Origin: Lytechinus pictus
Lineage: Eukaryota
Length of the DNA: 64,000 nucleotides
Direction: 5' to 3'
Assembly (NCBI RefSeq): GCF_037042905.1
Contig: NC_087246.1
Span: forward strand, 20,150,001 to 20,214,000
Shown here: piece by piece, positions 52,764-64,000 of the stretch
How positions within the stretch are numbered: position 1 is the stretch's first letter
How the letters are laid out: every line of letters begins with the position of its first letter
The notes under the pieces: model-generated
Seen by the model: the letters and a program-made list of their open reading frames with translations, nothing else
Told to the model about the DNA's origin: nothing
Database searches by the model: none
Program-made: the position numbers and the translations under genes

Positions 52764-55700
52764 ATGGTATCGGAAAAGATGACATCTTTGTCTGCGGCAT
52801 CGAACCTCGTTGGGCCTCCTAACGCCATGTCGCTTTTGAGATTCCTTCTTCAAATCTCGACAAAGGCCAACCGTCAGACAGCGTTCCTAACCGTCACCAG
52901 CATCTTCCTCGTCATCCTCACCGCCTACCGACACATGATGTCGAGAATGAAACACGACCGCCGACGTCGACGGTTACCACCGGGTCCCACCAACTACCCA
53001 ATCGTTGGTATCTTACCGTTCCTTGGCACAGCAGACCCCGGGAAGTCGGTCCTAGAACTCTCTAAGAAGTACGGACCTGTATTTTATGGGCGTTTGGGGA
53101 GCTTTGATGCCATTTTTCTGAACGATTATGAAAGTGTGAGAGAAGCCTTTGCGAAGTCCGGGGATGCATTCAGTGATCGACCTCGGGTGACAGCCTTTGA
53201 AACATATGGACAAGGAAGAGGTGGGTAATACAATTATACAAACACATTCCATTGAAAGATTTTGATTTAAGCCATAGGCAAGCCGATTTCGTGATATGTT
53301 TTATCATTAGCGGGTAGTGGGAGGGGGTGACGATTCCCCCCCCCCCGATTGCTTTACTCCTATACAAAATTCTATTTTTTGTGAGGGGTTGGACGTCTCC
53401 CCGATGCTTCCGGTCGTGGGGGGGGGGGGAGGTACGTATATACCACTTTGATTCAACTCTCTTCCAGAAGCTACAACGGGAGGAATACATTTTTAGACCT
53501 AATTATTTTCGCTTTGGTGATCATTATGATTGCGCATTTGAAATATATGAGAATCTCTCTGAGAGTCATGACAACTAGAAAGAACATTCTAAGGGCCACA
53601 CTGTAAATGACGAAACTGAGTAGCATGAAAAACAACATTAGATTGATTTGAACCTAGCCAATGGTCATATCTTAAGCATGAACTTAGTTGGAGAAGATAA
53701 AGGGTTATTTAATTGCGATTAAACTGTTAAAGGGGAAAAAAATCAAGATGGCGTTGATTAGTGAAAATTCAGTGTTTATGAAACTAAACATAACAGTAAA
53801 AAAAAAAAAAAAAAAAAAACACATATTTCATGAATACAAGACAATAGCTATAATGAGCAGGTGCTCGATGGCGATTGCAGCATCAATAGAAATATGTTGA
53901 TTTTTATAACATAAATAATCAAGAACAAATCCCCAATTTATTTCAGGAGTGGCCTGCTGTTACTACCAGAACCAGTGGAAGGAACAAAGACGGTTCCTGC
54001 TCAAACTCCTCCGTAACCTCGGGATGGGGCGAGCCAGTAACAGTCTCGAAGACAGGATCCTACAGGAAGCCGTACTCTTGACGAAGAGCTTCGAGGAGTC
54101 ACACGGAGAGAGTTTCGATCCAAGGACCCTCATGACCATGGCGGTGTCGAACATCATCTGCGGCCTTACCTTTGGAAAACGGTTCCACTATGATAACAAA
54201 GAATTCGAGAAATTCATTTGGACTCTAGGAAAGGTATGCCAAAGTCTTTTTTATTGCATTCATTCATTTCGTAAAGTAAATCCATTGCGCAACAAAGGGA
54301 AATGAGTACAATCATAGACAAATAACAATAATAGTAATAAACGGTGTTGTTATAAAAGACCTCATTTAAAAATTATGAAAAACAAATGTTCATCAATTTG
54401 TAATTTTTGTGAAAATACTTAGTAATTTTAGTTTGATGATTCTGTATTTGATACTGTCAATTGGGCATCTTTGTCGTTTAAAGCATCTACCATTAAGTCA
54501 TTATCTTTATCTGGTTCTTTGTCATTTTCACTCTCAAATAGTTATTTGAAGGAGCAGATGTCGCTGGACCAACGAACTATTTCACTTTCATGAAGTACGT
54601 ACCCTTCAGTTCCTTCAAAAAGATGGGCTCGTTCGCCAGGAGTTTAGAACGTGGCCTCTTCACCCGCGAAAAGGATGCACATAAGCTTATACTCGACCCA
54701 AATGATTGCAAGGATATGATCGATTTCTTTTTGAAAGAAATGTATGAGGCTGAGTCTAAGGAAGGACGCGGGGAAGAATCGAATTCACCTTTCAGGGAGG
54801 AGTTTTTGCCATCGTTGATTGGGGATATCTTTGCAGCAGGCACAGACACAACGGCGTGTGCAATGTATTGGGTGATGCTTTTCACTATCAAATACCCAAA
54901 GGTAAGTCACTTTTGAGAAAAAGTCAATCAAATTGCTTGTCAATTCCAAATTAAACTTAATTCATCATATTTATGACTTATATGTTCGTGATCAGATTTT
55001 GTAAGCGCAAAGGGATTTCCCCCATGACACTTCGCCTAACAATCAAGATTATGATACAGACAAAAGTGGAAGAAAGAATCTATCGAACGGATTTCAACAA
55101 CCCCTCACACACTCCTTAGAACCCATCCTCACTCACATCCCTTACAGCCCATACACACCCTCTTTCCCCATCTCTGATACACCTACACACCATTACATAT
55201 ACCCCCCACACACACATACACCCCCCACAATTCAAACAACTCACCCACACAATTCCAACAACTCACCCACACACAGACACACCCTCAACCATCACATCGC
55301 AAACCCTTCTGTCCTTCTCTCTCACACCCACACCCGCATTCTCGCCCCCACACACGCATACACACCCTCTCACACAGCTACCTCAACTTCTCCTTCTCTT
55401 TCTCACCCTCCCCCCCCCCCCCCGCACACCCAAACACATTCATCAAACATGCACATATCCTTTACATACAGCCACATATCACCTCTGGCCCTGAACTTAG
55501 CAACATAGGACCTACTAAGAGGTAGATATACTTGGGAAAATCATTCTTAACAACTCACTGAGGTGACGGGGGTCTGAGGTTCAATCTCTAGCATAAAGTG
55601 ATCAAGAAAACCATGGAATCGTATTTTCATTTGGATCTCCCATCCAAAACTATTTTTAATAACAAGAATGGATTCGCTTTGACAAATGCCCAAGTAGGCG

Positions 55701-56504
55701 GGCGTTGGTTATGTGTTAATTCTTTATTCCATTATAGAAGTTTAGCATCTTTATTTTCATTGATACTGTTATCTGAAAATCACCATGATGGTAGCAATAA
55801 TCCCACCCACTAAATCTAAGTCCGTTAGGTAAATGTTGTCATTTTCGATATAGTTTTTAGACCTACGTAGCCCATCATATCAAAATCTACTCAAGGGCCA
55901 GCCCTCCTAAAAATAACCGTTAAATAAGCAAATGTTCATCTATAATTAAACCAAGTTTGCCAGAAATAGGTACAAATCAAACACGGTGGTAGAAAAATCG
56001 TTTCTGTATATATTTTCCGAAAGATAGCAGTAATCTTTTAACTATTAAGAGTCACCGTAAACAAAAAAATAAGGAATTATTGAAGAATTCAGTCAACAAG
56101 AGAGCGATATCTAATTACCGGTTGACGTTTAGGTGATCTTGATGATAAATGTTGTTATAAAAGCCACGTTGCCATGACTGTGATGACAACACGACTTACG
56201 GAATATCGCTGATACTAGAAGGAAACTAATCGCATGTTGTTGATAAACGCGAGAAAATCAGAAGGAATAAAATAAATCTTAGCTCTGTAAACCAGAAGCT
56301 ATTAACATAATAGTTTTTTGAAATTATAAAAATGTTAACTATATTTACCCGATTTTTCAATTTTTTTAGGCGAATATTTTTTTTAACAAAACGGGGATGA
56401 ATAAAGCCTGTTTAGGTCGGCATCATCATCCGAAAATAGCTGTCATAAAACGACAAATATACAAATCTTAGTTGGTAGTAGAAGTAATAGTAGTAGTAGT
56501 AGTG

Positions 56505-56562
<58 letters not shown>

Positions 56563-56746
56563 AAGAAGTAGTATTANNNNNNNNNNNNNNNNNNNNNNNN
56601 NNNNNNNNNNNNNNNNNNNNNNNNNNNNNNNNNNNNNNNNNNNNNNNNNNNNNNNNNNNNNNNNNNNNNNNNNNNNNNNNNNNNNNNNNNNNNNNNNNNN
56701 NNNNNNNNNNNNNNNNNNNNNNNNNNNNNNNNNNNNNNAGTAGTAA

Positions 56747-56793
<47 letters not shown>

Positions 56794-58178
56794 ACAGTGG
56801 CAGTATAAACAATGATAAGAACATTATTATTTCATCTACTATAGTCAGTTTGATATGTTCAGGCCTTTCAGTTTTAGTTGTCATAAAGAATTGTTTGATT
56901 CTAATCACATTTTCAGTATCAAAGACGGGTCCAAGAGGAATTGGATAGGGTTGTTGGGAGACATCGCCTTCCGACACAATCCGACCGACCGAACTTGCCA
57001 TTCGTTGTTGCGATGTTAGCCGAAAGTCTCCGATGTTCTGCAGGGGGTCCATTTGGTAAATATTACGACATAAAATGATATTTTTTAAAAACATATAATC
57101 ATACTTGTGTAATATTGATATCATTAATTTCTTGGTTCTGATAATGTAGATTGCATTAAGAGGGAGTTTGAATCGTGGTCTTTTACCAAAATTTATAAAT
57201 TGGCAGCTAAATAACAAATATGAAAGCTCGGATTCCTATTATATCAACTCCTTATTTTACATCATTTAAATCATCATTTATATTTGCTGTATTTTATGTG
57301 CATTTTAAATATGGATATAAAGTTAGAAGTATGAACTTCATATATCGAAACATAAATCCACGATTCAGTATTTGAAATACAGCTTATTCATAAAAAAATA
57401 ATACTTCTGAATTTTTACAATTTAGAAAATGGGTCCAATGCCAAGTTTCAAATTTAGAATAATCAAATCTGCGCTTGAAAATCGAATTTTAGTTTCGGAT
57501 TTCACATAAATGAAGTCAATTTCCATATTTCCATATTTTGAATATTAATTTCAGATTTTCTTATTAAGTCTGGAAATTCAAAATGTTTGATATCTTTATA
57601 ACTATTTGATGTTTGTCTTATTTTTTTCTTCAATATCTTGATAGTTGTAAGATTGTTTAAAACATCATTTTATAGGTTTGAGGCAATTGTCTTGGACCTC
57701 GCTGAAGATAAAATGGACTAGGTATAGTTAATCTGAATCGGGTTATACCAACGATATAATTTTCCTAAGAATATCTTAGTTACATTCAAATATTCGTACA
57801 TAATTCTTCGATTATACATGCATTGTTGTAGCCAGAATGTGTTTTTTTTTTCAAAAAACCAAAACGAACCAAGTTCATCTTTTTTAATGCCTTCCCTTAT
57901 AGATTTAGAATATATTTCTTCATTTTTCAAAAGTAAACTATAATCGATGCATCTACCATCAGGTGTACCCCATGCGGCGGTGGAGGATACCACATTCCGG
58001 GGTTATTTTGTTCCGAAGGGAACCATCATGGTGGCCAACCACTACGCTCTCCTGTATGACGAAGAGGTGTTCGGTGTCGAGCCCGATGTCTTCAACCCTG
58101 ATCGTTTCTTCGATGTCGACGGGACTCTCGTCAAGAGCATGGTGGATAGGGTTTGCAGCCAATTTGGAATAGGTAACT

Positions 58179-58243
<65 letters not shown>

Positions 58244-58964
58244 CCAATCAATCAACCAATCAATCAATCATTAAAAAATCAATAAAAATTAAGGTACCAT
58301 ATCCGAGCGGTCTAATGCGCCTGAATTGACAGTTGACACATGAAAATCTGGGTTTTGATCTCAGGCCAAGGTTCTTAAAAGCCCTCGAGTAAGGCATTTA
58401 GTCAACACTGCTATTTCATCTTACATTTAAACAAATGGAAATGCTATAAAAAATATTGATAACAGTGTGGGCACATTTTAAATCATTAATCCATCCATCC
58501 ATTATAATGAATCAATCAATAGGGCCTATATACATAAACTAATTAATCGATCAATCTTTTTGCCCACTTTTTCCTATGCAGTTTACATTGAAATAAACAT
58601 AGATATGCTCATAAATGTAAGCTATATCAGAACATAAGGTTAGTATGGACCAAAATTATTCACAAGACAATAAAGAAGATAATAGATTCTGTAATAAAGA
58701 AAGAAGAAAGACAAATATTCCGTGTGTACCCGTTCTGCTTTTTTACTTGTAGGCCGACGAGCGTGCCCCGGTGAGCAGTTAGCCCAGAGCGAGCGTTTCA
58801 TCTTCTACTCTCATCTCGTTCATCAATTCAACTTTACTGCACCCGATGGTCCCGATTCGGTTAGCCTCGGCTCTCACTTCGGATTGAGTCGGTCGCCGTT
58901 TCCGTACAAACTGCGAGCCGAACGAAGGCTGATCGACACTCGGATGCCTGATATAACCTTATGA
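52764..58964 (+). CDS. Cytochrome P450, CYP2 clan (CYP2U/2J-like); 6 exons, 554 aa
   Basis: Exons 52764-53220, 53947-54233, 54542-54901, 56917-57055, 57963-58172, 58753-58964 (1665 nt). Motifs: membrane anchor plus RRRRRLPPGP, FSDRP, WKEQRRF, AGTDTT, ESLR (ExxR), FNPDRF, and heme motif FGIGRRACPG split by the last intron. The start Met is uncertain because there are several in-frame ATGs. Confidence 0.92.
55100..55480. repeat. CA/C-rich low-complexity tract
   Basis: Read directly; lies in an intron. Confidence 0.8.
56473..56792. repeat. (AGT)n microsatellite with N gap (56577-56738)
   Basis: Read directly from the sequence. Confidence 0.9.
58180..58270. repeat. (CAAT)n microsatellite
   Basis: Read directly from the sequence. 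Confidence 0.95.
58292..58450 (+). mobile_element. Degenerate tRNA-derived SINE fragment
   Basis: A-box-like TATCCGAGCGGTCTAA and B-box-like GGGTTTTGATCTC. A similar decayed fragment lies at about 39768-39950. Confidence 0.4.
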
Positions 58965-59078
58965 ATTTTGCAAGAATAAGATCATGGCAGCTTATAGAAA
59001 TCATCGTATGTTATCTGAAATTTTGAAACATTCATGTCCCAAAACATTATTAGGTAATTTTTTTTATAGAACACTAAA

Positions 59079-59331
59079 CGCTCTCAAAAAATATTGGGTA
59101 AAAGTGCTCCATTAGGGTAATCATGTGTCCAACCAACATTGGGCATTACTTTTGGGCATTTTTTTTTATCCAGTGTGATGAAAATTTTGCGCATTCTAAA
59201 GTAATTGCTGCTTATTTTTAACCTTACTGGGCAGTATGCTTCCCGCATTGGGAGAAAATACTGCCCAAAATTGGTTGGACACATAATTATCCTCGTGCTG
59301 GCTAAAATTTTACCCAATATTTTTTAAAGTG
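59079..59331. mobile_element. MITE with CAC..AGTG-type ends, just 3' of the CYP stop codon
   Basis: AAAAAATATTGGGTAAAA...TTTTACCCAATATTTTTT inverted repeat. Confidence 0.7.
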
Positions 59332-59814
59332 TATTCCTTCATTTACATGTCTCTTCTTACTTTCATAGTTTGTACATCGAAAAGGGAAATGTTAATATTC
59401 AATTTAGCCGTAAACATCACCGAGTAGTAATTAAAACTGTTACCTTCATTCATTAATTTATTTATTTGTATGATATTATGTATATATTAATTGTACTTTT
59501 ATATTGTGGCATAAGATTACAGATGTCAATATACACAATTCGTGGTTTTATAGTTGATATTATTTGCATAAACTTTCTTTCAGTATAATCATCGTGAACA
59601 AATAAACCTGAAAAAATGATCTATTGATAAGGATTTAGTTATTAATCTATTTGATCTATTTGATCAATTATGATCTTTTGAGCTATAGTATATGAATGAG
59701 TTTTATTTTGTATGCGCTCGTTTTATACTCTTTTGACATGGATATTATTGTGCAACATCTAGTAAATAAACTGACTAGTGTGGGGCCTACATAAATGATC
59801 GATGTGCTTATTAA

Positions 59815-60415
59815 AGGGATGGCCCGGGCTGAAAATATTTATATCTGAATAAATAGAGTAAAATCCACAGAGCAAAATGCTAAAAAATTTCATCAAAATT
59901 GGATAACAAATAATGAAGTTATTGAATTTTAAAGTTTATCAATATTTTGTGAAAACAGCTACATGCACATCTTCATGAATATTCATTTGGTGGGCTAATG
60001 ATGTTACATCCCCACTTTCTTTTTTCTTATGTTATTACATGAAATCAAAAATGTTTAATTTTTTCATACATGTGTAAATGATGTGTCTCCATTATGATGA
60101 AATAAGTTGCGGCAATAAATAAACAATGCAGTTAATCAGTTGTCAATCCAATTGTTTTAGTTCTTGGTAGAATTTTTTTGAATAAACCTAATTTCATATA
60201 ATAAAATACAAAAGAACAAGTGGAGATATGACATCATCAGCCCACCTAATGAATATTCATAAAGACATGCTTAGAACTGTTTCACCGGAATAAGGCAAAT
60301 CTTTAAAATTCAATAACTTTGTTATTATCCGATTTTGATCAAATTTTCAGCAATTTGCTTTGTGAATTTTACTCTATTTATTGACATATAAATATTTCCA
60401 GCCTGGACTATCCCT
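59815..60415. mobile_element. Kolobok-like MITE
   Basis: TTAA|AGGGATGGCCCGGGCTG...CAGCCTGGACTATCCCT|TTAA, with long imperfect TIRs. Confidence 0.88.
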
Positions 60416-61459
60416 TTAATGCAAACATGAAAATTAAAGCCTCGAAATCTCCCCTTCAAATCGCGTATGTGCAAGACTGCCCTTTGAAACTTTCACAATA
60501 CCACTGGACTGAATGTTATTTTTACACAAAATCCGTTCACGTCTTTCGTGTAGGCCTATACATCAAATCAGGTTTAGTATGGTTTAATACTTACTTTACT
60601 TCACTTTAATCCAACGATGCTTGTAGGACTATGCCTGTTCATCGGTCCAAGTGAATAAACTGTATGCTCCACACTATCAATTTCAATATGTGGCAAGTAA
60701 TTGCATGTGGGAAGACAGAAAATCCATTGGACTTGATAGTGCAGTAGTAGGCCAAATACATTAGATTAGGGAGAGTAACATTTTGTTGCTTGGGTGTCCT
60801 GTTGATATATTGTTATAGTAATAAATGACTTTAATAAAAGGAACGAACGTGTTATACCATGTGATTTAGGATTGCCAAACCGATTAAAACACACATAAAA
60901 TTGTGAAAAGATCTATGGGAAAATATTATAAATTATAAAATGTATAAGATACGAGATAAAGACAATGACAGATAATGAGAGAAAGAGAGAGAGAGAGGGG
61001 GGGGGGGCGATAGGGGAGAGAGAGTGGGAGGGGGCGATGGGGGGGGGGGAGATAGAGTGTGTGTGTGTTTGTGAGAAGGTGTGGGTGTGCGACTGCGTGT
61101 GTGAGCGCGAGAGAGAATGATTGGACCAAAGACCTTATTGTGACTCGACACACCGAAATGAGAGACAAGTCGGAATGTTCCAAATCCAATTTTTTTAGTG
61201 ATTATTATTCCCCGTTTCTTTACCTTTAATTTGATATATCACTCGACCCTTAAAAGTAAATATTAGTAGAGATATTAGCCTTAGAATGCAAGAAGAATTG
61301 GGCTCTTGAAAATAAAAATCAAGAGAAAAACGCCTTCGAAGTTTGACTTCCGTTTTGACCCTGCTCCTGTGCTCCATGAAAAAATCTATTTTGCCATAGC
61401 CTCTTGTCGAGGCCCTGTCGGCTGCTTTCCGAGCGAACATGGCAAAGCAAGGGAGAGAG

Positions 61460-62402
61460 TAGCCTCTTGTCGAGGCCCTGTCGGCTGCTTTCCGAGCGAA
61501 CATGGCAAAGCACGGGAGAGAGCGGAGCAGAGCGCCGCGAGACAGGGCCTCTGGACATCTGTACCGAATTTCACCGACTTTCTTTTGTTTTTTATTGTTT
61601 TTACCAATTCACCGACCAAAAACTGGTCGGTGAAAATCATCCAATGAGAGCGCGAGCTGCTATGACGTCATATTAAATATTCATGAGCTCATTTTGAATG
61701 GCGACCCTTGGATTCTCGGCGAAGAGTGACGACGAAATATCAAATAGCACTGAATATGCCTCTAAAACGCTGAATATTGACCGATTTAAGGATTTGCAAG
61801 TCGATGAAATTAACTCTGCACTGAAAGGACGAGATGTCTTTGTAAATCTACCAACAGGATATGGAAAAAATGTAATATTTCATGCGATTCCACCGGTCGA
61901 TCCGGGGCGTCGATTATCGATCTCCGCTGTGCAGTGCAGTGAGGGAAGCTGGGGTGGAGTTGCTGGGAGTTGACTCGAGTCTGACCAGCGGCTGACCGGG
62001 GCGGCTGAGCAGTATCTCCCGGGAAGTTTCGGGGCGGTGATGGGTCTGTTACGACCCAGTAGTAATAGTAGTAGTAGTAGTACCACTACTTGTAGCATTT
62101 TGCTGGTTATATCCCCTCTAGTGTCCCGCAAGTAAATGAATCCCCTGCAGAATAGTGGACTACTATTGATATAGTATTCCGAACCCAAGATAGACGAAAC
62201 AGCTCTGACATTTCATTGGTTTACTCGGTGACCGGTAATATCATGACTCATGTATATTCATTAGGAAGACGTTCCTCATGAATATATAATTCAGTTCAGA
62301 TGTCAAGAGGCCCTGGCTCGCGCCAGGTCTAATTCGCTTCGCGAATTAGGAAAGCCCTCGCTTCGCTCGGGAAGCAGCCGCCAGGGCCTCGACAAGAGGC
62401 TA
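61460..62402 (+). mobile_element. Non-autonomous AcademH-like DNA transposon, inner copy (943 bp)
   Basis: 41-bp TIRs with 2 mismatches and a perfect 9-bp TSD GGGAGAGAG (61451-61459 and 62403-62411). Confidence 0.9.
61698..61973 (+). pseudogene. RecQ-like SF2 helicase N-terminal fragment inside the transposon
   Basis: FKDLQ...ALKGRDVFVNLPTGYGKNVIF matches RecQ motif 0/I. There is no DExH motif or any later motif. Confidence 0.75.
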
Positions 62403-62586
62403 GGGAGAGAGCGAAGCAGAGCGCCGCGAGACAGGGCCTCTGGACATCTGACCCGAATTTCACCGACTTTCTTTTGTTTTTCATTGTTTTTACCAATTCA
62501 CCGACCAAAAACTGGTCGGTGAAAATCATCCAATGAGAGCGCGGGCTGCTATGACGTCATATTGAATATTCATGAGCTCATCTTGA

Positions 62587-62862
62587 ATGGCGACCCGTGG
62601 ATTCTTGGCGAAGAATGACGACGAAATATCAAAGAGCATTGAATATGCCTCTAAAATGCTGAATATTGACCGATTTAAGGATTTGCAAGTCGATAAAATT
62701 AACTCTGCACTGAAAGGACGAGATGATTTTGTAAATCTACCCACAGGATATGGAAAAAATGTTATCTTTCATGCGATTCCACCGGTCGAACCGGGGCGTC
62801 GATTATCGATCTCCGCTGTGCAGTGCAGTGAGGGAAGCTGGGGTGGAGTTGCTGGGAGTTGA
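62587..62862 (+). pseudogene. RecQ-like helicase N-terminal fragment, second copy
   Basis: ALKGRDDFVNLPTGYGKNVIF; 8 amino-acid differences from the first copy. Confidence 0.72.
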
Positions 62863-62932
62863 CTCGAGTCTGACCAGCGGCTGAGCAGTATCTCCCGGGA
62901 AGTTTCGGGGCGGTGATGGGTCTGTTACGGCC

Positions 62933-62963
<31 letters not shown>

Positions 62964-64000
62964 CCGCTACTTGTAGCATTTTGCAGGTTATATCCCCTTT
63001 AGTGTCCCGCAATTAAATGAATCCCCTGCAGAATAAGAGACTACTATACTATATAGTATTCCGAACCCAAAACGAAACAGCTCTGACATTTCATTGGTTT
63101 ACTCGGTGACCAGTAATATCATGACTCATGTATATTCATTAGGAAGACGTTCCTCATGAATATATAATTCAGTTCAGATGTCAAGAGGCCCTGGCTCGCG
63201 CCAGGCCTAATTCGCTTCGCGAATTAGGCAATCCCTCGCTTCGCGCGGGAAGCAGCCGCCAGGGCCTCGACGAGAGGCTAATTTTGCCACCGCCGAGCTA
63301 ACCGAAATGCCCTAGTAACCGCTTGCCAAAAAAGGCGAAACGATTAACCAATGAGGAGGCTGCTTTGAGAACAATAGTCAACTTGCAAGTCACGCGCGAC
63401 TGCAAGACGAAACAACGTTCCATGTCAATCAATTATCTTCTACACATCAGTGGTTAAACCGGGGTTTTATAATAATCTTCGTGAAAGAAAAAGAATGCCA
63501 TGATATAAAAGGTTGGACCTAAAACCACGGAGGAGTATTCCAATTGTGCCATCGGCTTGTTTGAATGTCGATGGCGTTTACTCTCACCCGGACTCTTGAC
63601 ATGTAATCTATCAAGCGAGTCATTATGACCTGAACTTTAACCGCATGTAAAAAAAACAACTATCCCTTGTAAAAATAACGGTAACATGGGCCTTCGAAAT
63701 AATTTGTACCTCACCTTTACTAATGGCTCGTGTGCTCATGTTTTATTAATGCTTATGTTAGATTGAGACAGTGAGAACAAAAACGCGAATAATTTGTTCA
63801 ATATCGTCTATTACCGATCATTGGGGGGGGGGGTATAATTTACAGCATTGGAATGATTTGAAATTAGTACAAAATACATAAAGGCATATTAATGAAAAAA
63901 GGCAATAGAAAAAGGTTTATAATGATTCTAAAAGTGGTGCAGAAAAAAAACATTGACATAAACGTCTTAATTCTACAACAAAAAGAGCGAGGAGGTACCC

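Larger units (their letters stand above)
61397..63280 (+). mobile_element. Non-autonomous AcademH-like DNA transposon, outer copy
   Basis: TAGCCTCTTGTCGAGGCCCTG...CAGGGCCTCGACGAGAGGCTA, a perfect 9-bp TSD ATTTTGCCA (61388-61396 and 63281-63289), and a RecQ-like remnant ORF at 62587-62862. Confidence 0.88.

Noticed and set aside
61698-62862. Host RecQ/BLM/WRN gene exons
   Set aside because: Both ORFs lie inside TIR- and TSD-bounded elements, with no later helicase motifs or further exons.
61397-63280. Simple tandem or segmental duplication
   Set aside because: Two independent 9-bp TSDs and the 63-bp offset are explained by nested insertion.

Overview
AT-rich, intron-containing animal genomic DNA with three short N gaps. 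An echinoderm or other marine invertebrate is the likely source, but that is inferred from the repeat types only. Four complete multi-exon genes can be assembled by hand with GT-AG sites and consistent phases: (1) an ABCC10/MRP7-like ABC transporter (+, 5129-19480, 18 coding exons, 1587 aa); (2) an F-box/LRR-like protein (-, 26832-23929, 3 exons, 511 aa); (3) a C11orf54/PTD012 homolog (+, 29162-45451, 8 exons, 317 aa), head-to-head with the F-box gene; (4) a CYP2-clan cytochrome P450 (+, 52764-58964, 6 exons, 554 aa). The introns and intergenic DNA are packed with mostly non-autonomous transposons, many with readable TIRs and TSDs: TTAA-targeting Kolobok-like, hAT-like, P-like, Harbinger-like, foldback and Helentron-associated elements, a tRNA-derived SINE, and a 5'-truncated CR1-group LINE. 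The most striking structure is at 61397-63280: an AcademH-like element carrying a RecQ-helicase N-terminal remnant has inserted into another copy of itself, and each copy has its own perfect 9-bp TSD. No CRISPR array, rRNA or genuine tRNA gene was found. I cannot show that any system here is new; the best leads are listed under findings.
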